DNA from: Gammaproteobacteria bacterium
Lineage (GTDB): Bacteria > Pseudomonadota > Gammaproteobacteria > Chromatiales > Chromatiaceae
DNA length: 64,000 bases
Direction of reading: 5' to 3'
Assembly: GCA_024277555.1 (NCBI GenBank)
Contig: JAJRUY010000320.1
Location: forward strand, 12,388 to 76,387
The notes beneath the pieces were generated by a model. That model was not told where the DNA came from, ran no database searches, and was given only the letters and a program-made list of their open reading frames with translations. A program made the position numbers and the translations under genes. Below, in pieces: positions 40,164 through 49,933 of the stretch (its first letter is position 1; each line of letters begins with the position of its first letter).

Positions 40164-42626
40164 TTGGGACAAATCGGCTACGAAGAAGACAGCTGGGGTG
40201 TCGGCGTTTCCGGCGTGGTGAATGACCCTTCGCCGTTTCCGCGGATCAACCGATTAAGGGATTGGTACCTCGACGAATGCCCTTGTACCATTGATGCTGA
40301 GAGGGCTGTGTTGCTTACTGAAGCCTACAAAAAATTTGAGAACGAACCCCAACTGATCAAGGTCGCCAGAGCATTGGCCCATGTGATGCGCAATGTTACG
40401 CTGCACATTGTTGATGGTCAGTTGCTGGTCGGCGACAGCGCTGCACCACCCAAGTCCTGCCCGATCTATCCGGAATTCTCCTACTCGTGGATCGCTAACG
40501 AATTGAGTGAGTTTCCGCCCCGCGAACGGCCGAACAACCGCTATGACTACAACGACGACACCGAGAGACAATTGCTGGAAATCACGGATTACTGGCAAGG
40601 CAAAACGGTATCCGACAGCATACTTGACCGCATGACGCCGGAAGAGATGAAGGGCGACTTCATGGGCATTATGCTGTACTCCACGAGTCTCTATCACATC
40701 GCTGGCGTGGGACACCTGGTTCCCGACTTCGACACGCTCTTAAAGAATGGTTACGGGGGCTTGCAGCAGGATGTACAGGACCGGCTCAACGCCCTCACCG
40801 GTGATGACCCGGATACAGAAGAACAACGCCATTTCTACCATGCCCAACTTATTACGCTGGACGCGACGATTGACTACATCAGGCGATACGCCGCGCTGGC
40901 CCGGGAAAAAGCTAATACTGCAGGTGGCCAGCGCCGCGATGAACTTCTGCGAATGGCGGACAATATCGAATCGATCTCCACCAATCCGCCGGAGACTTTC
41001 TGGCAGGCATACCAACTGGTGCATTTCGCCTGGAGTATCATCCAGATCGAGTCCAACGGTCACTCGGTCTCTTGGGGCAGGTTGGACCAGACCTTGTATC
41101 CATTCTTCCTCAAGGACCTGGCCCAGGGCACTGCCAGTCGCGAGTTCATGCAGGAAGTGATCGAATGTCACGCGCCGCTGTGTGCCAGTTTCATGAAACT
41201 ACGCGATTGGGTAACCACCCAGGCCAACAGTGGACGGGGACTGGGCACAATGACAGTGACGCTGGGGGGTGTGGACGCCGACGGCAATGACGCAAGCAAC
41301 GAGCTTTCCGGCATGTTCATAGACATGGTCGCGCACACTCGTCTGGGATATCCCTGGACTGCTGCCCGCTTCCATGAGAACACACCGGAGTGGTTCTCGG
41401 CTAAAGTGGCCAAGGCCATGCGCATGGGCACCGGCGAGCCGAAGATTTTTAGTGACCAGGTCATCATCCCAACGATGAAGCTGCGGGGTATTTCCGATGA
41501 AGACGCCCACAATTATGCCATTGTCGGTTGCGTTGAATTGAGCGTTCCCGGACGAGAGTATGGCTGGCACGATTCAGCTTATTTCAGCATTGCACGGGTG
41601 TTGGAGCTGGCGATTAATGATGGTTACGCCATCGGCCATGAGGACAAGGGCCGGCTGGGACCGGCAACCGGTAACCTGGAAGACTTTCAGTTTTTCGAAG
41701 AAGTGCAAAAAGCCTACGAGGAGCAAATGGCTTACTGGGTTGAGACGCAGGCCCGCAGCACGGACATCATGGATGACGTGCATCGTGAAATGAAACCGCT
41801 GCCCTATCTGTCTTTGTTGATTGAGGGGTGTACCGAAACTGGAAAAGATGTCAACACCGGAGCCGCTCCCTACAACTTCACCGGCCCCCAGGCGACTGGC
41901 GTTGCCTCAACGGCCGACAGTCTGGCCGTGATCAAGCAACTGGTATTTGAAGAGAAGAAGGTCAGCGCCGGCGAGCTGATGGACGCGATCAAGTCAGACT
42001 GGGAGGGGTTCGACGCCCTGTATCACCTGGTCAACAGCGACAAGATGCACCAGTACGGCAATGATGATGATTACGCTGATGAACTGGCCATCTACGCAAC
42101 GGATGTCTATTGTGACAAGGTTGAAGGAAGGCCGAACCCACGAGGTGGCATCTACCAGCCAGGCGTGTACACGGTCTCTGCCAATGTGCCTTTCGGTATG
42201 GTACAGGCGGCTTCACCTGACGGACGCAAGGCTCACGAGCCGTTGTCTGACTGTATCGGACCCGTTCACACCTATGTTGGTTCGCACGACCGCAAGGGTC
42301 CCACTGCGGTGATCAAATCCGCCAGCAAGCTCCACCAGCAGCGGATGTCCAACGGAACACTACTCAACCTGCGGTTCTGCCCCAGCAGTCTCTGCGGGGA
42401 AAGTGGTGTCAAGAACCTGGTGTCTCTGGCCACAGCCTACTTCAGGAAAGGCATGCACATGCAGATCAATGTTCTCGGCCGCGAATTGCTGGAAGACGCT
42501 TACCAGCACCCCGAGAAGTATCGTGGGCTCATGGTGCGGGTTGCGGGGTACAGCGCCCAATGGTCCGATCTTAGCGATGAACTGCGCCGGGATATCATGA
42601 CCCGAACAGAGATGTCCTTCGACTGA
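40164..42626 (+). CDS. Glycyl radical enzyme (PFL2/diol dehydratase-like); start codon unresolved
   Basis: Gly loop LMVRVAGYSA, Cys loop GCVE, GVGH, ESNGHS, GWHDSA, YTVSAN. The track start at 39921 lies inside the antisense araC gene. Confidence 0.9.
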   Translation: MGQIGYEEDSWGVGVSGVVNDPSPFPRINRLRDWYLDECPCTIDAERAVLLTEAYKKFENEPQLIKVARALAHVMRNVTLHIVDGQLLVGDSAAPPKSCPIYPEFSYSWIANELSEFPPRERPNNRYDYNDDTERQLLEITDYWQGKTVSDSILDRMTPEEMKGDFMGIMLYSTSLYHIAGVGHLVPDFDTLLKNGYGGLQQDVQDRLNALTGDDPDTEEQRHFYHAQLITLDATIDYIRRYAALAREKANTAGGQRRDELLRMADNIESISTNPPETFWQAYQLVHFAWSIIQIESNGHSVSWGRLDQTLYPFFLKDLAQGTASREFMQEVIECHAPLCASFMKLRDWVTTQANSGRGLGTMTVTLGGVDADGNDASNELSGMFIDMVAHTRLGYPWTAARFHENTPEWFSAKVAKAMRMGTGEPKIFSDQVIIPTMKLRGISDEDAHNYAIVGCVELSVPGREYGWHDSAYFSIARVLELAINDGYAIGHEDKGRLGPATGNLEDFQFFEEVQKAYEEQMAYWVETQARSTDIMDDVHREMKPLPYLSLLIEGCTETGKDVNTGAAPYNFTGPQATGVASTADSLAVIKQLVFEEKKVSAGELMDAIKSDWEGFDALYHLVNSDKMHQYGNDDDYADELAIYATDVYCDKVEGRPNPRGGIYQPGVYTVSANVPFGMVQAASPDGRKAHEPLSDCIGPVHTYVGSHDRKGPTAVIKSASKLHQQRMSNGTLLNLRFCPSSLCGESGVKNLVSLATAYFRKGMHMQINVLGRELLEDAYQHPEKYRGLMVRVAGYSAQWSDLSDELRRDIMTRTEMSFD

Positions 42627-42717
42627 AAGGGCTGCCAGGGTCATGTTTTGCGAAGTTCATGAAGCATCGGGAACCGGGAGCGCCGCACTGTCAGGAGAGG
42701 CGGCGCAGAACCACATC

Positions 42718-43695
42718 ATGATGACAGAATACGACACCGGGCTAACCGGAACGGTGTTCGACATCCAACGCTTCAGCGTACATGACGGGCCGGGTATCAG
42801 GACGGTGGTCTTTATCAAGGGTTGCTCCCTGCGTTGCATCTGGTGCAGTAATCCCGAGAGCATAAAACGAAGACCGCAGATCGGAATCTACCCGGACCGC
42901 TGTATCGGCACCGGTAAGTGTGGCGAGTGTCTTGAAGCTGTCCCCGCTGCCGACCTGTTAATCGTAAAGGAGCGCAAGGTCGTCGGCTTGAATACCGATC
43001 GACCGGAAGTTTGCCTGCCGTGCGCCGCAGTCTGCCCGACCGGTGCCCTCAAGGTCTGGGGCGAGAAGACCACGGTGGGTGAAGTCATGACAGAGGTGCT
43101 GTCGGACCGGCAGTTTTACGAGGAATCCGGTGGCGGCCTGACACTGTCTGGCGGAGAATCACTCATCCAGGCCCGGTTTGCCGTTGAACTATTGAAAGCG
43201 GCCCATGTGGAGGGGTTAAATACCTGCGTTGAAACCGCACTGAATTACGACGCAGAGGTTCTCGACAAGGCCCTTCCCTATATGGATCTGGCTTATTGCG
43301 ATTTGAAACACATGGACTCCGGGGCCCACAAACGCTTTACCGGCGTTGCCAATGAACGGATTCTCGAAAACCTGAAGAAAATCGTTGATTCAGGTACGCG
43401 CGTGGTCATCCGCATACCGGTTGTTCCCGGGCACAACGGTACCGAGGAGAACCTAAGGGCAACGGCAAAATTCCTGGTCGATGACATCGGTGGCAACGTG
43501 GTCCAGATTCAGCTGTTGCCGTTCCGCAAGCTGGGCGTTGAGAAATACGCTGCACTCGGAATGCCTTATCCAATGAAAGACTTTGAGGCACCGCCGCGCG
43601 ACGTATGGGAACGGGATATCCGGCAGTTCGCCGCTATGATGTCCGCCTACGGACTTAATGCAGTCGCCGGCTCCGGGGCCAGAATCCCAAAATAG
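42718..43695 (+). CDS. Glycyl-radical enzyme activating enzyme (radical SAM)
   Basis: FDIQRFSVHDGPGIRT, GCSLRCIWCSNPES (CxxxCxxC), ferredoxin-like insert CIGTGKCGEC...CLPCAAVCP, GGGLTLSGGE. Start could be 42643, 42718 or 42721. Confidence 0.93.
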   Translation: MMTEYDTGLTGTVFDIQRFSVHDGPGIRTVVFIKGCSLRCIWCSNPESIKRRPQIGIYPDRCIGTGKCGECLEAVPAADLLIVKERKVVGLNTDRPEVCLPCAAVCPTGALKVWGEKTTVGEVMTEVLSDRQFYEESGGGLTLSGGESLIQARFAVELLKAAHVEGLNTCVETALNYDAEVLDKALPYMDLAYCDLKHMDSGAHKRFTGVANERILENLKKIVDSGTRVVIRIPVVPGHNGTEENLRATAKFLVDDIGGNVVQIQLLPFRKLGVEKYAALGMPYPMKDFEAPPRDVWERDIRQFAAMMSAYGLNAVAGSGARIPK

Positions 43696-43768
43696 CCAGC
43701 TATCCAACCTCGCGCAAACGCATTAAATCACCGGCAGCCAATAGCAGCTCAAGGAGCAAAAGGAATTT

Positions 43769-44851
43769 TCAGGCAGTCGTTGCCTGGAGTATCTCAACTT
43801 TATAACCGTCCCTGTTTGACAAAAAATCCGCGCCCACCAACATGGAAGCGGTAAAATACCCCCCTCCCTTAGCATCATCTTCGGCCTTGAGCGCAATGGC
43901 GACCGCTGTTTCAGCGGTAAGATCATAAACACTGGGGCCGGTAACGGTCCCGCTGCACTCCCGGCCATCATCTGTACTCACACGTCCCCAAAACTCAGTA
44001 TGGGTGTTAGCGCGGGTTTTTTCATCCGGACCATCGTCAAGAAATTTTCCTGCCAGTGAAATCATCCATTTCTGCAGGCCAGCACTGGATAACAATCCAC
44101 GCATTGGATTTGATAATCGAGTCAACCAGCAGGCATAAACCGGCAGCGCCCCATAAACGATTGCACTGGGGATGCCGGTGGAAATTTGTGTGGTAAACAC
44201 ATCCCCCCAGGGCAGACTGACAGCCCACAGCTCAGAGCGTGGGAATGGGACCTTGCGAATACGGTAACCGAGCTTAACGTTTTTCAGCTTACCTTCTTCG
44301 CGTATCAGACAACCTTCACCAATACTCCCAATGGCTGTTCTGGTTGTTCCCATGCTGGGAAGCGTACCAAAGTCGAAGGCCAATTCCAGTTGGCTTGCAT
44401 CCGGTAATTTAAGCTTCAATAAAGCGGCCAGGCAATCCGTTGGTACAATGTCAAAGCCCACACCCGGGCATAATATGGTCTGTTGCCTGATGGCTGTATC
44501 ATGCCGCTGATGGGCAGCCTGGAAAACAGAGATCTCTCCGGTCACGTCAAAATAGTGCACGCCATGTTCCAGGCAGGCATCCATAATGGGTTCTGCCGTT
44601 ACCTCAAAAGGGCCCGCACAATTAATCAGTGTGCCGACACTATCAAGGTGGTCAGCGGTATCATTAACGCTAAACGCCCTTATTGGCAGATCATATCTCT
44701 CAGCAAGAAGTTTAAGACTGGCTTCGTTACGGCCGGCAAGGATTGGTTTTCGCCCATTCCTGAGCGCTTCATTTACAATTAACTCTCCGGTGTAACCATA
44801 GGCTCCATAGATGAGCCAGTTTTTGCGATCTGATATGGTCATAATATTCAT
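43769..44851 (-). CDS. Saccharopine dehydrogenase-like oxidoreductase (trans-acting enoyl reductase family)
   Basis: IYGAYGYTG, LAGRN, NCAGPF, HYFDVTGE, GFDIVPTD. Confidence 0.85.
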   Translation of the reverse strand: MNIMTISDRKNWLIYGAYGYTGELIVNEALRNGRKPILAGRNEASLKLLAERYDLPIRAFSVNDTADHLDSVGTLINCAGPFEVTAEPIMDACLEHGVHYFDVTGEISVFQAAHQRHDTAIRQQTILCPGVGFDIVPTDCLAALLKLKLPDASQLELAFDFGTLPSMGTTRTAIGSIGEGCLIREEGKLKNVKLGYRIRKVPFPRSELWAVSLPWGDVFTTQISTGIPSAIVYGALPVYACWLTRLSNPMRGLLSSAGLQKWMISLAGKFLDDGPDEKTRANTHTEFWGRVSTDDGRECSGTVTGPSVYDLTAETAVAIALKAEDDAKGGGYFTASMLVGADFLSNRDGYKVEILQATTA

Positions 44852-44971
44852 TATCAGGTCCGCCTTGGTGAAATGTCCGGGTCAATGCTCCACCGCCGTA
44901 TACTCCCAACTCACCGTACCCCAGGTTATCTACAATGTATGGTTAAGGTTCTCCTCAAGGTGCAAAGAGTA

Positions 44972-46777
44972 TCAGCGTAACGATATATGAGGATCCGGCA
45001 GTTCTTCGCGCCTGTCCATGACGGCGAAGAACTCTATCACCTTTCCCGACTCTCCCTTGACCTTGACAGCACCGCTGTCAATGCCACTCTGCCAGGTTTC
45101 CTCGCCGAGGAAAATCCGATTACCAAATTTGCGGCTCATGGTCACCGTGGCATCGGCCTCAGATGGCAGTTCATCCATAATTTCCAGCACACTGTTGCGT
45201 AACGTGAGCGTGAATGTCTCGCCTGTGTCCGTGAAGCTAAAGCCGAGTGTGCTGTGCTTGCCGTCCGCACGTTCTGGATTAATGCTGTAACGCAGGTTGT
45301 CGAAAATGATCGCGGTTTCCGTGGTCTCAATTGAAAATATCTGCTTGAGAATCATATCCTGCAGAGCACGAACGGGAATTTTGCCTTCAATCTCAAGTGC
45401 ACCGGTCAGGTAGAAACCTCGCAGGCTGCTGCTGGTCTGGGCATAACCGAGTACACGCAATGCAGCTGCCTTGAGGTATCGCGCCTGCCAGTCTTCCTTA
45501 TTGACGCGGATCAGGGGTGTTGTGAGTTCGGCTGCCCATTGCGCATCCCCGGCGAAAAAGGCTTTCTCGGCTGCGGCAAGAACCTTGTCACGTCCACCCA
45601 TGATTTCGACCGTGCGACGCGCTTTTTCCAATCTGGGCGTGGGGCGTAATTCGGCCGGGTCGCCATTCCACCAACTGATGTAACCGCCGTAAATATTGCG
45701 GACACTCACATCGACATTGCCGTAATATTCAACTCCCCAGGGTTCAAGCTGGACAGCCCCGGGAAGCCTGATAGTCTCCGCGAGTTCATCGGGTGTTAAG
45801 CCCATGTTGATCAAACGTACCGACTGATCGTGAACATACAGCATGGCATCACGATAGTTGGTAAGTATCTTGCTGATTTCCGCCTGCCCTGAAACAGTTG
45901 GACCATGACTGGGAACCATGTGATCGACCTGGTAGCTCCGCATTTTGTCCAGGGCGCCTGCCCATCGCTCGATGTCCCTTGGGCGTGTACCTCGCAGGGA
46001 GTGTAATTGTGGGAAAGTCGGACCCTGGATTTCATCGCCCGTGAAGAGGACTTTCTGATCGGGCATATAAATGGCCATATGGCTGGCAGACTCACCACCG
46101 GTGTGAAAGAAGACAAAGCGGTAACCTACCAGCGTCATCTCCGTTTCACCCTCGAGAGAAATGCTTGTATTAGGTGGAATAAACCCACCCGTGCCCCTGA
46201 CATTAAACCCACAACATCCGACATGGTATTGCTGTCCCTCGGCATCTGCGGGCAGCATCACACCATACATATAGCCTGCCCGCAGCCCCATGATCGGGCC
46301 GGTCGCAACATTCTCCTGCACGGTTTCGCGCATCAGGTTTTCACTGGCGATGACCTTAACTTTGCCGCTAGCTGCGTCTTCACGTGAAATAAACACGGAA
46401 GCACCGTTTGTATGATCAGCATGGTGATGGGTATAGATCACTGCCTCAATAGGCTTGTCGGTCATTTCTTTTAACCGATCCACAACGACCTGCGCGTGTT
46501 CGGTCGCAACCGTGGTATCAATCACAACCAGGCTGGCGTCACCTTCGATGATGATGGAATTGCCAAAGCCGTGATTGGGGGTGTTAAAACTCCAGATTTT
46601 GTACGGGCCAACCTGAATGGTCTCTTCTTTGAACAATCGGGCGTGGTCGATATAGTTCTGGGGCGCGGAGAAAGGTACGAAGTATTTTTCCGGGCGAGGT
46701 GGCGGCGTATTTTCGGCCATCAGGTTCCCTGAAACCACCGAAATAAGTAAAAGTGCAACGAATGCTTTCCTGATCAT
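44972..46777 (-). CDS. Secreted alkyl/aryl sulfatase (SdsA1-like metallo-beta-lactamase fold)
   Basis: Signal peptide, YTHHHADH, LHSLRGTRPRD, PSHG, EYYG, dimerisation region and SCP2-like C-terminus. Confidence 0.88.
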   Translation of the reverse strand: MIRKAFVALLLISVVSGNLMAENTPPPRPEKYFVPFSAPQNYIDHARLFKEETIQVGPYKIWSFNTPNHGFGNSIIIEGDASLVVIDTTVATEHAQVVVDRLKEMTDKPIEAVIYTHHHADHTNGASVFISREDAASGKVKVIASENLMRETVQENVATGPIMGLRAGYMYGVMLPADAEGQQYHVGCCGFNVRGTGGFIPPNTSISLEGETEMTLVGYRFVFFHTGGESASHMAIYMPDQKVLFTGDEIQGPTFPQLHSLRGTRPRDIERWAGALDKMRSYQVDHMVPSHGPTVSGQAEISKILTNYRDAMLYVHDQSVRLINMGLTPDELAETIRLPGAVQLEPWGVEYYGNVDVSVRNIYGGYISWWNGDPAELRPTPRLEKARRTVEIMGGRDKVLAAAEKAFFAGDAQWAAELTTPLIRVNKEDWQARYLKAAALRVLGYAQTSSSLRGFYLTGALEIEGKIPVRALQDMILKQIFSIETTETAIIFDNLRYSINPERADGKHSTLGFSFTDTGETFTLTLRNSVLEIMDELPSEADATVTMSRKFGNRIFLGEETWQSGIDSGAVKVKGESGKVIEFFAVMDRREELPDPHISLR

Positions 46778-46859
46778 CTGAAACTCCGTATATGTTCAAT
46801 AGTCGATGTTAGTGAATGTGAAGTTGTTCCCAGAGCCGATATAGTTCTTTACACCGAAT

Positions 46860-48260
46860 TCACGATTTTTGTGTGTTGTCGAAAACCGCGCTTTCAAGAT
46901 TCTGGAATTCTTCCTCCATGTATTGCGCCAGTGTGTCCAGATTTTCCATGTCGTGGGTGGCGACAATCCCGAAATGCAGTTTGCCGGCGTAACTGAACAG
47001 GGTGATATTCATACGCAGACCGGGGATCAGGGTACTGATTGGGTACATCTGTTCCAGCGTTGCGCCTTTCAGGTACAGCGGGGTTTTTGAACCGGGCACG
47101 TTGGAAACCAGCGTGTGACCGTTCGCCGGCAGCTTGTCACTGAGCCCGACCTTATCAACCAGCTCACTGAACATTGCCGACAAGATGGTATATTGTTCAA
47201 CCGAAGAGCCTGGTACACCATCGATCTGGTTCCTGACATTGCGCAAGGTAAAACCGATTTCACGTAAGCGCACGAATGGATCGTCAGTCGGTTCCGCCAG
47301 CTTGACCAGGACGATGCCAATCTTATTACCGGTGTTTTTGTCACCATCTTTGCGCAGGTTGACCGGCATCTGGATCGTGACCGGGTGATCCAGGGGATAG
47401 CCCTGATCTGCCAGGTAGCGGTGCAGGGCGCCGTCGATGCAGGTCAGCGCCACGTGGTTCAGCGTGGAACGTGTTGCCTTGCAAATCCGCTTGACCCTGG
47501 TCATCGGCACCCACGCAGTGCCGAGGCTGCGGCCTGGAGAGGTACTTCCGGTCATGGGTGTTTCCTGACGTGCGCTAAATGGCAAAGAGACGGCATTGCG
47601 GGTGATACCAATGAACTCCAGGTATTGTTGCGTTGTAAGCTTGGCAATGCCGCCGGTCGTTAGCAATTGATCCCAGGCCTGCTTTGTCAGGCTGCCGATC
47701 ATGCCGCCAACAGCAGAACTACCTTCCTCTTCTTGCTTCGATCTGCCGCGTTGCGGCAATGTCCAGATCGGAGACACTTGCTGCTCTTCAGGTGAATCGC
47801 TAAAAGTCCTGTTCAGCCAGGATGTCATTGTCATGCCATCGGCATAGGCATGGTGCAACTTGAGGTAAATTGCGAACTTTTTGCCCTTGATCCCATCGAT
47901 CAGGTGAAACTCCCAAAGTGGCCTGGAACGATCCATCAGGGGCTCATGCAGCTGGGTTACAAGTTCTTTTACTTCTTCCCAGGTGATTGCCTTTTCCGGC
48001 CGGTGATAAAACACGTGTTCGTCGATACAGAAAGCTGAGCAGCGTTTCCAGTGAGGTCCCTTCCAGCCAATGAAGTTGATTACCAGGTTAAACGGCTCGG
48101 TCACCTTGTCATGGGTTTTCAATTCTTCAACCAGTTTGCCGGTAAAATCAGCCGGGCATTTTGCAGGCTTCTTGAAAAGCAGGAGTCCGGCAACATGCTT
48201 GGGACTGCCTTCCGATTCTGCAAGAAAAAAGGCCAGATCAAGTACAGACAGTTTCTTCAT
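46860..48260 (-). CDS. Wax ester synthase / diacylglycerol acyltransferase (WS/DGAT)
   Basis: MKKLSVLDLAF, P.HV, RPLWEFHLI, HHAYADG (HHxxxDG), VSNVPG, NITLFSY. Confidence 0.93.
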   Translation of the reverse strand: MKKLSVLDLAFFLAESEGSPKHVAGLLLFKKPAKCPADFTGKLVEELKTHDKVTEPFNLVINFIGWKGPHWKRCSAFCIDEHVFYHRPEKAITWEEVKELVTQLHEPLMDRSRPLWEFHLIDGIKGKKFAIYLKLHHAYADGMTMTSWLNRTFSDSPEEQQVSPIWTLPQRGRSKQEEEGSSAVGGMIGSLTKQAWDQLLTTGGIAKLTTQQYLEFIGITRNAVSLPFSARQETPMTGSTSPGRSLGTAWVPMTRVKRICKATRSTLNHVALTCIDGALHRYLADQGYPLDHPVTIQMPVNLRKDGDKNTGNKIGIVLVKLAEPTDDPFVRLREIGFTLRNVRNQIDGVPGSSVEQYTILSAMFSELVDKVGLSDKLPANGHTLVSNVPGSKTPLYLKGATLEQMYPISTLIPGLRMNITLFSYAGKLHFGIVATHDMENLDTLAQYMEEEFQNLESAVFDNTQKS

Positions 48261-48297
48261 GGCCGTGTTTCCTGTTGGATGTTATTGATAAACACTT

Positions 48298-49332
48298 TCA
48301 TTTCTCCCGGGTGTTGCGTTCATAGTGTTGCATGCGGTAAGTCCTGGGTGGCACTCCGGACCAGCGTTTAAAGGCATGGGTGAAATTACCGGGTTCGGTA
48401 TAGCCGAGGAGTTCCGCAATCTGATCCAGCCTGAAGTTGGTGGTCAGCAAATAGTTGCTGGCCAGGCCAAATCGAATCTCGTTGACCAGTTTCTGAAATT
48501 TGGTGTTATGCGCAGTCAGGTGGCGGCGCAAAGTGCGCGACGACATGTGCATTTTTTCAGCGATGCTGTCGATATCCGGAAAGTAACCTGGCTGTGAAAG
48601 GATGGCGTAACGCACATCATCCACCAGGTTGCCTTGCTTGCTGAGCTTTGAAATCAACAATTCACATTGCTGGATGCATAGTTCTCTCGACTCCTTGCTG
48701 GTGTCACTGACGGTTCTGTCCAATACCTCAGCGGGTATCACCATTTCGTTAAACGGGCGGCCAAAATTAACCGGGCAGTCAAAATGTTTTGCATAGCAAG
48801 AGGGGGATTCACCGCCGGAATGGACGAAGTTGATTTCGATGACAGGCAGGCTGCCTCGTACCAGTTCCTGGTATATCAGGTGAATGGCCGAGACTTCACG
48901 ATCGGACATCACGTTCAACAAGTCCCCATAATCCATTAACGGTGCCATCCGGTGAGTTGCGGTGCCTCCCTGTTCAATCAATTCGTGCCTGAAGCAGGTA
49001 AATGAAAGGTTGACCAGCCGCAGGCCCAGGTGAACGGCCTGGCGCAGGGTCCTGGCACTCATCATGGCAAATCCGAACATTCCGTAATCGGCAACGTGTA
49101 TTGCGCTCCCTAGCGCAAGCCCCAGGTACCGGTCGGCACTCAACTCCCGGATGTTTTGGCAGAACCGCAGTAGTTGTCCCAGGTAAATTCGTGAACTGCC
49201 GTCCTGCAATGTTTGTTTGCTGATGCCAGTGCCAATCAGGCATTGATCCAGGTTCAACAAATGGCTGTCGATATAGCGCAACGGGGCGGCCAGGCTGGAT
49301 ACGGAATGTTGAATCTGTCGATCAGAAGGCAT
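48298..49332 (-). CDS. AraC-family regulator (Arabinose_bd_2 type)
   Basis: YGMFGFAMMSA.TL; HTH MSSRTLRRHL..LGYTEPGNFTHAFKRWSG. Confidence 0.9.
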   Translation of the reverse strand: MPSDRQIQHSVSSLAAPLRYIDSHLLNLDQCLIGTGISKQTLQDGSSRIYLGQLLRFCQNIRELSADRYLGLALGSAIHVADYGMFGFAMMSARTLRQAVHLGLRLVNLSFTCFRHELIEQGGTATHRMAPLMDYGDLLNVMSDREVSAIHLIYQELVRGSLPVIEINFVHSGGESPSCYAKHFDCPVNFGRPFNEMVIPAEVLDRTVSDTSKESRELCIQQCELLISKLSKQGNLVDDVRYAILSQPGYFPDIDSIAEKMHMSSRTLRRHLTAHNTKFQKLVNEIRFGLASNYLLTTNFRLDQIAELLGYTEPGNFTHAFKRWSGVPPRTYRMQHYERNTREK

Positions 49333-49397
49333 GGCTGAGACATATTCTGACTATCGGACAGACATATTAGGATAGCTGTCCGATATTCACAAGTTTT
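49222..49397. repeat. Direct repeat copy 1 (176 bp; araC 5' end plus upstream region)
   Basis: Matches 51226-51401 with 5 substitutions by manual alignment. Confidence 0.95.
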
Positions 49398-49434
49398 CAG
49401 CTTTGTGTCAGTGGAAATGATACTGCTTGATACG

Positions 49435-49510
49435 GTGCTGATGTTGCATTTTCATCCAGACGAGTAAGTATCTTCTGAATAACGGCTGGGTCTTCAATCC
49501 TGGCGATGAC
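49435..49510 (-). mobile_element. Relic of an IS91/ISCR-type transposase C-terminus
   Basis: Minus-strand translation VIARIEDPAVIQKILTRLDENATSA resembles the (V/I)IACIEDPxVIxKILxHL tail of IS91-family transposases. Confidence 0.6.
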
Positions 49511-49511
49511 G

Positions 49512-49601
49512 TGTGAACCCGAAGCCGCCGGTCGCGCAATTGATCTTGCCTACCAGACCGGCTGTGCATTTTATATCGTTCACGCCACCTGCGAAGAGAC
49601 C
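49512..49601 (+). pseudogene. Fragment of a dihydropyrimidinase/amidohydrolase
   Basis: EPEAAGRAIDLAYQTGCAFYIVHATCEE matches the E.EA..RAI.LA...G..LYIVH.S segment of cyclic amidohydrolases. Confidence 0.55.
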
Positions 49602-49933
49602 ATTTTGCGGGGTACAGTGGCTATGGTTTGCCTGGCTCACCGTTGCGCATACGGAAGAAAAACGCCCCCGTCCCTGAATTGGCAATGACAAGATCAGGAT
49701 TATCCTTGTCCCCAAGGGCGCTCACCAGGCGGGTCCCTGGTAATGTGCCCAGTTCCGCTGCACTGTCGCCCCAGCCGAGGCCATTGCGGTAATCAGAAAA
49801 TTCGCCAAGAAACTTTTTACTCTTTTTTGAAAACGAAACGCATCAAGCGCAAGATATACAAGCAGTCAGACTGCCTGACAGTATTGCTCTGAGCCACACT
49901 TGGATGGCTCACTTTCTACTTGCAAATACACAT

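Noticed and set aside
44852-44971. Orphan GAGGAG RBS and a possible deleted-gene tail between the sulfatase and the reductase
   Set aside because: No start codon or recognisable protein motif; too weak to call.
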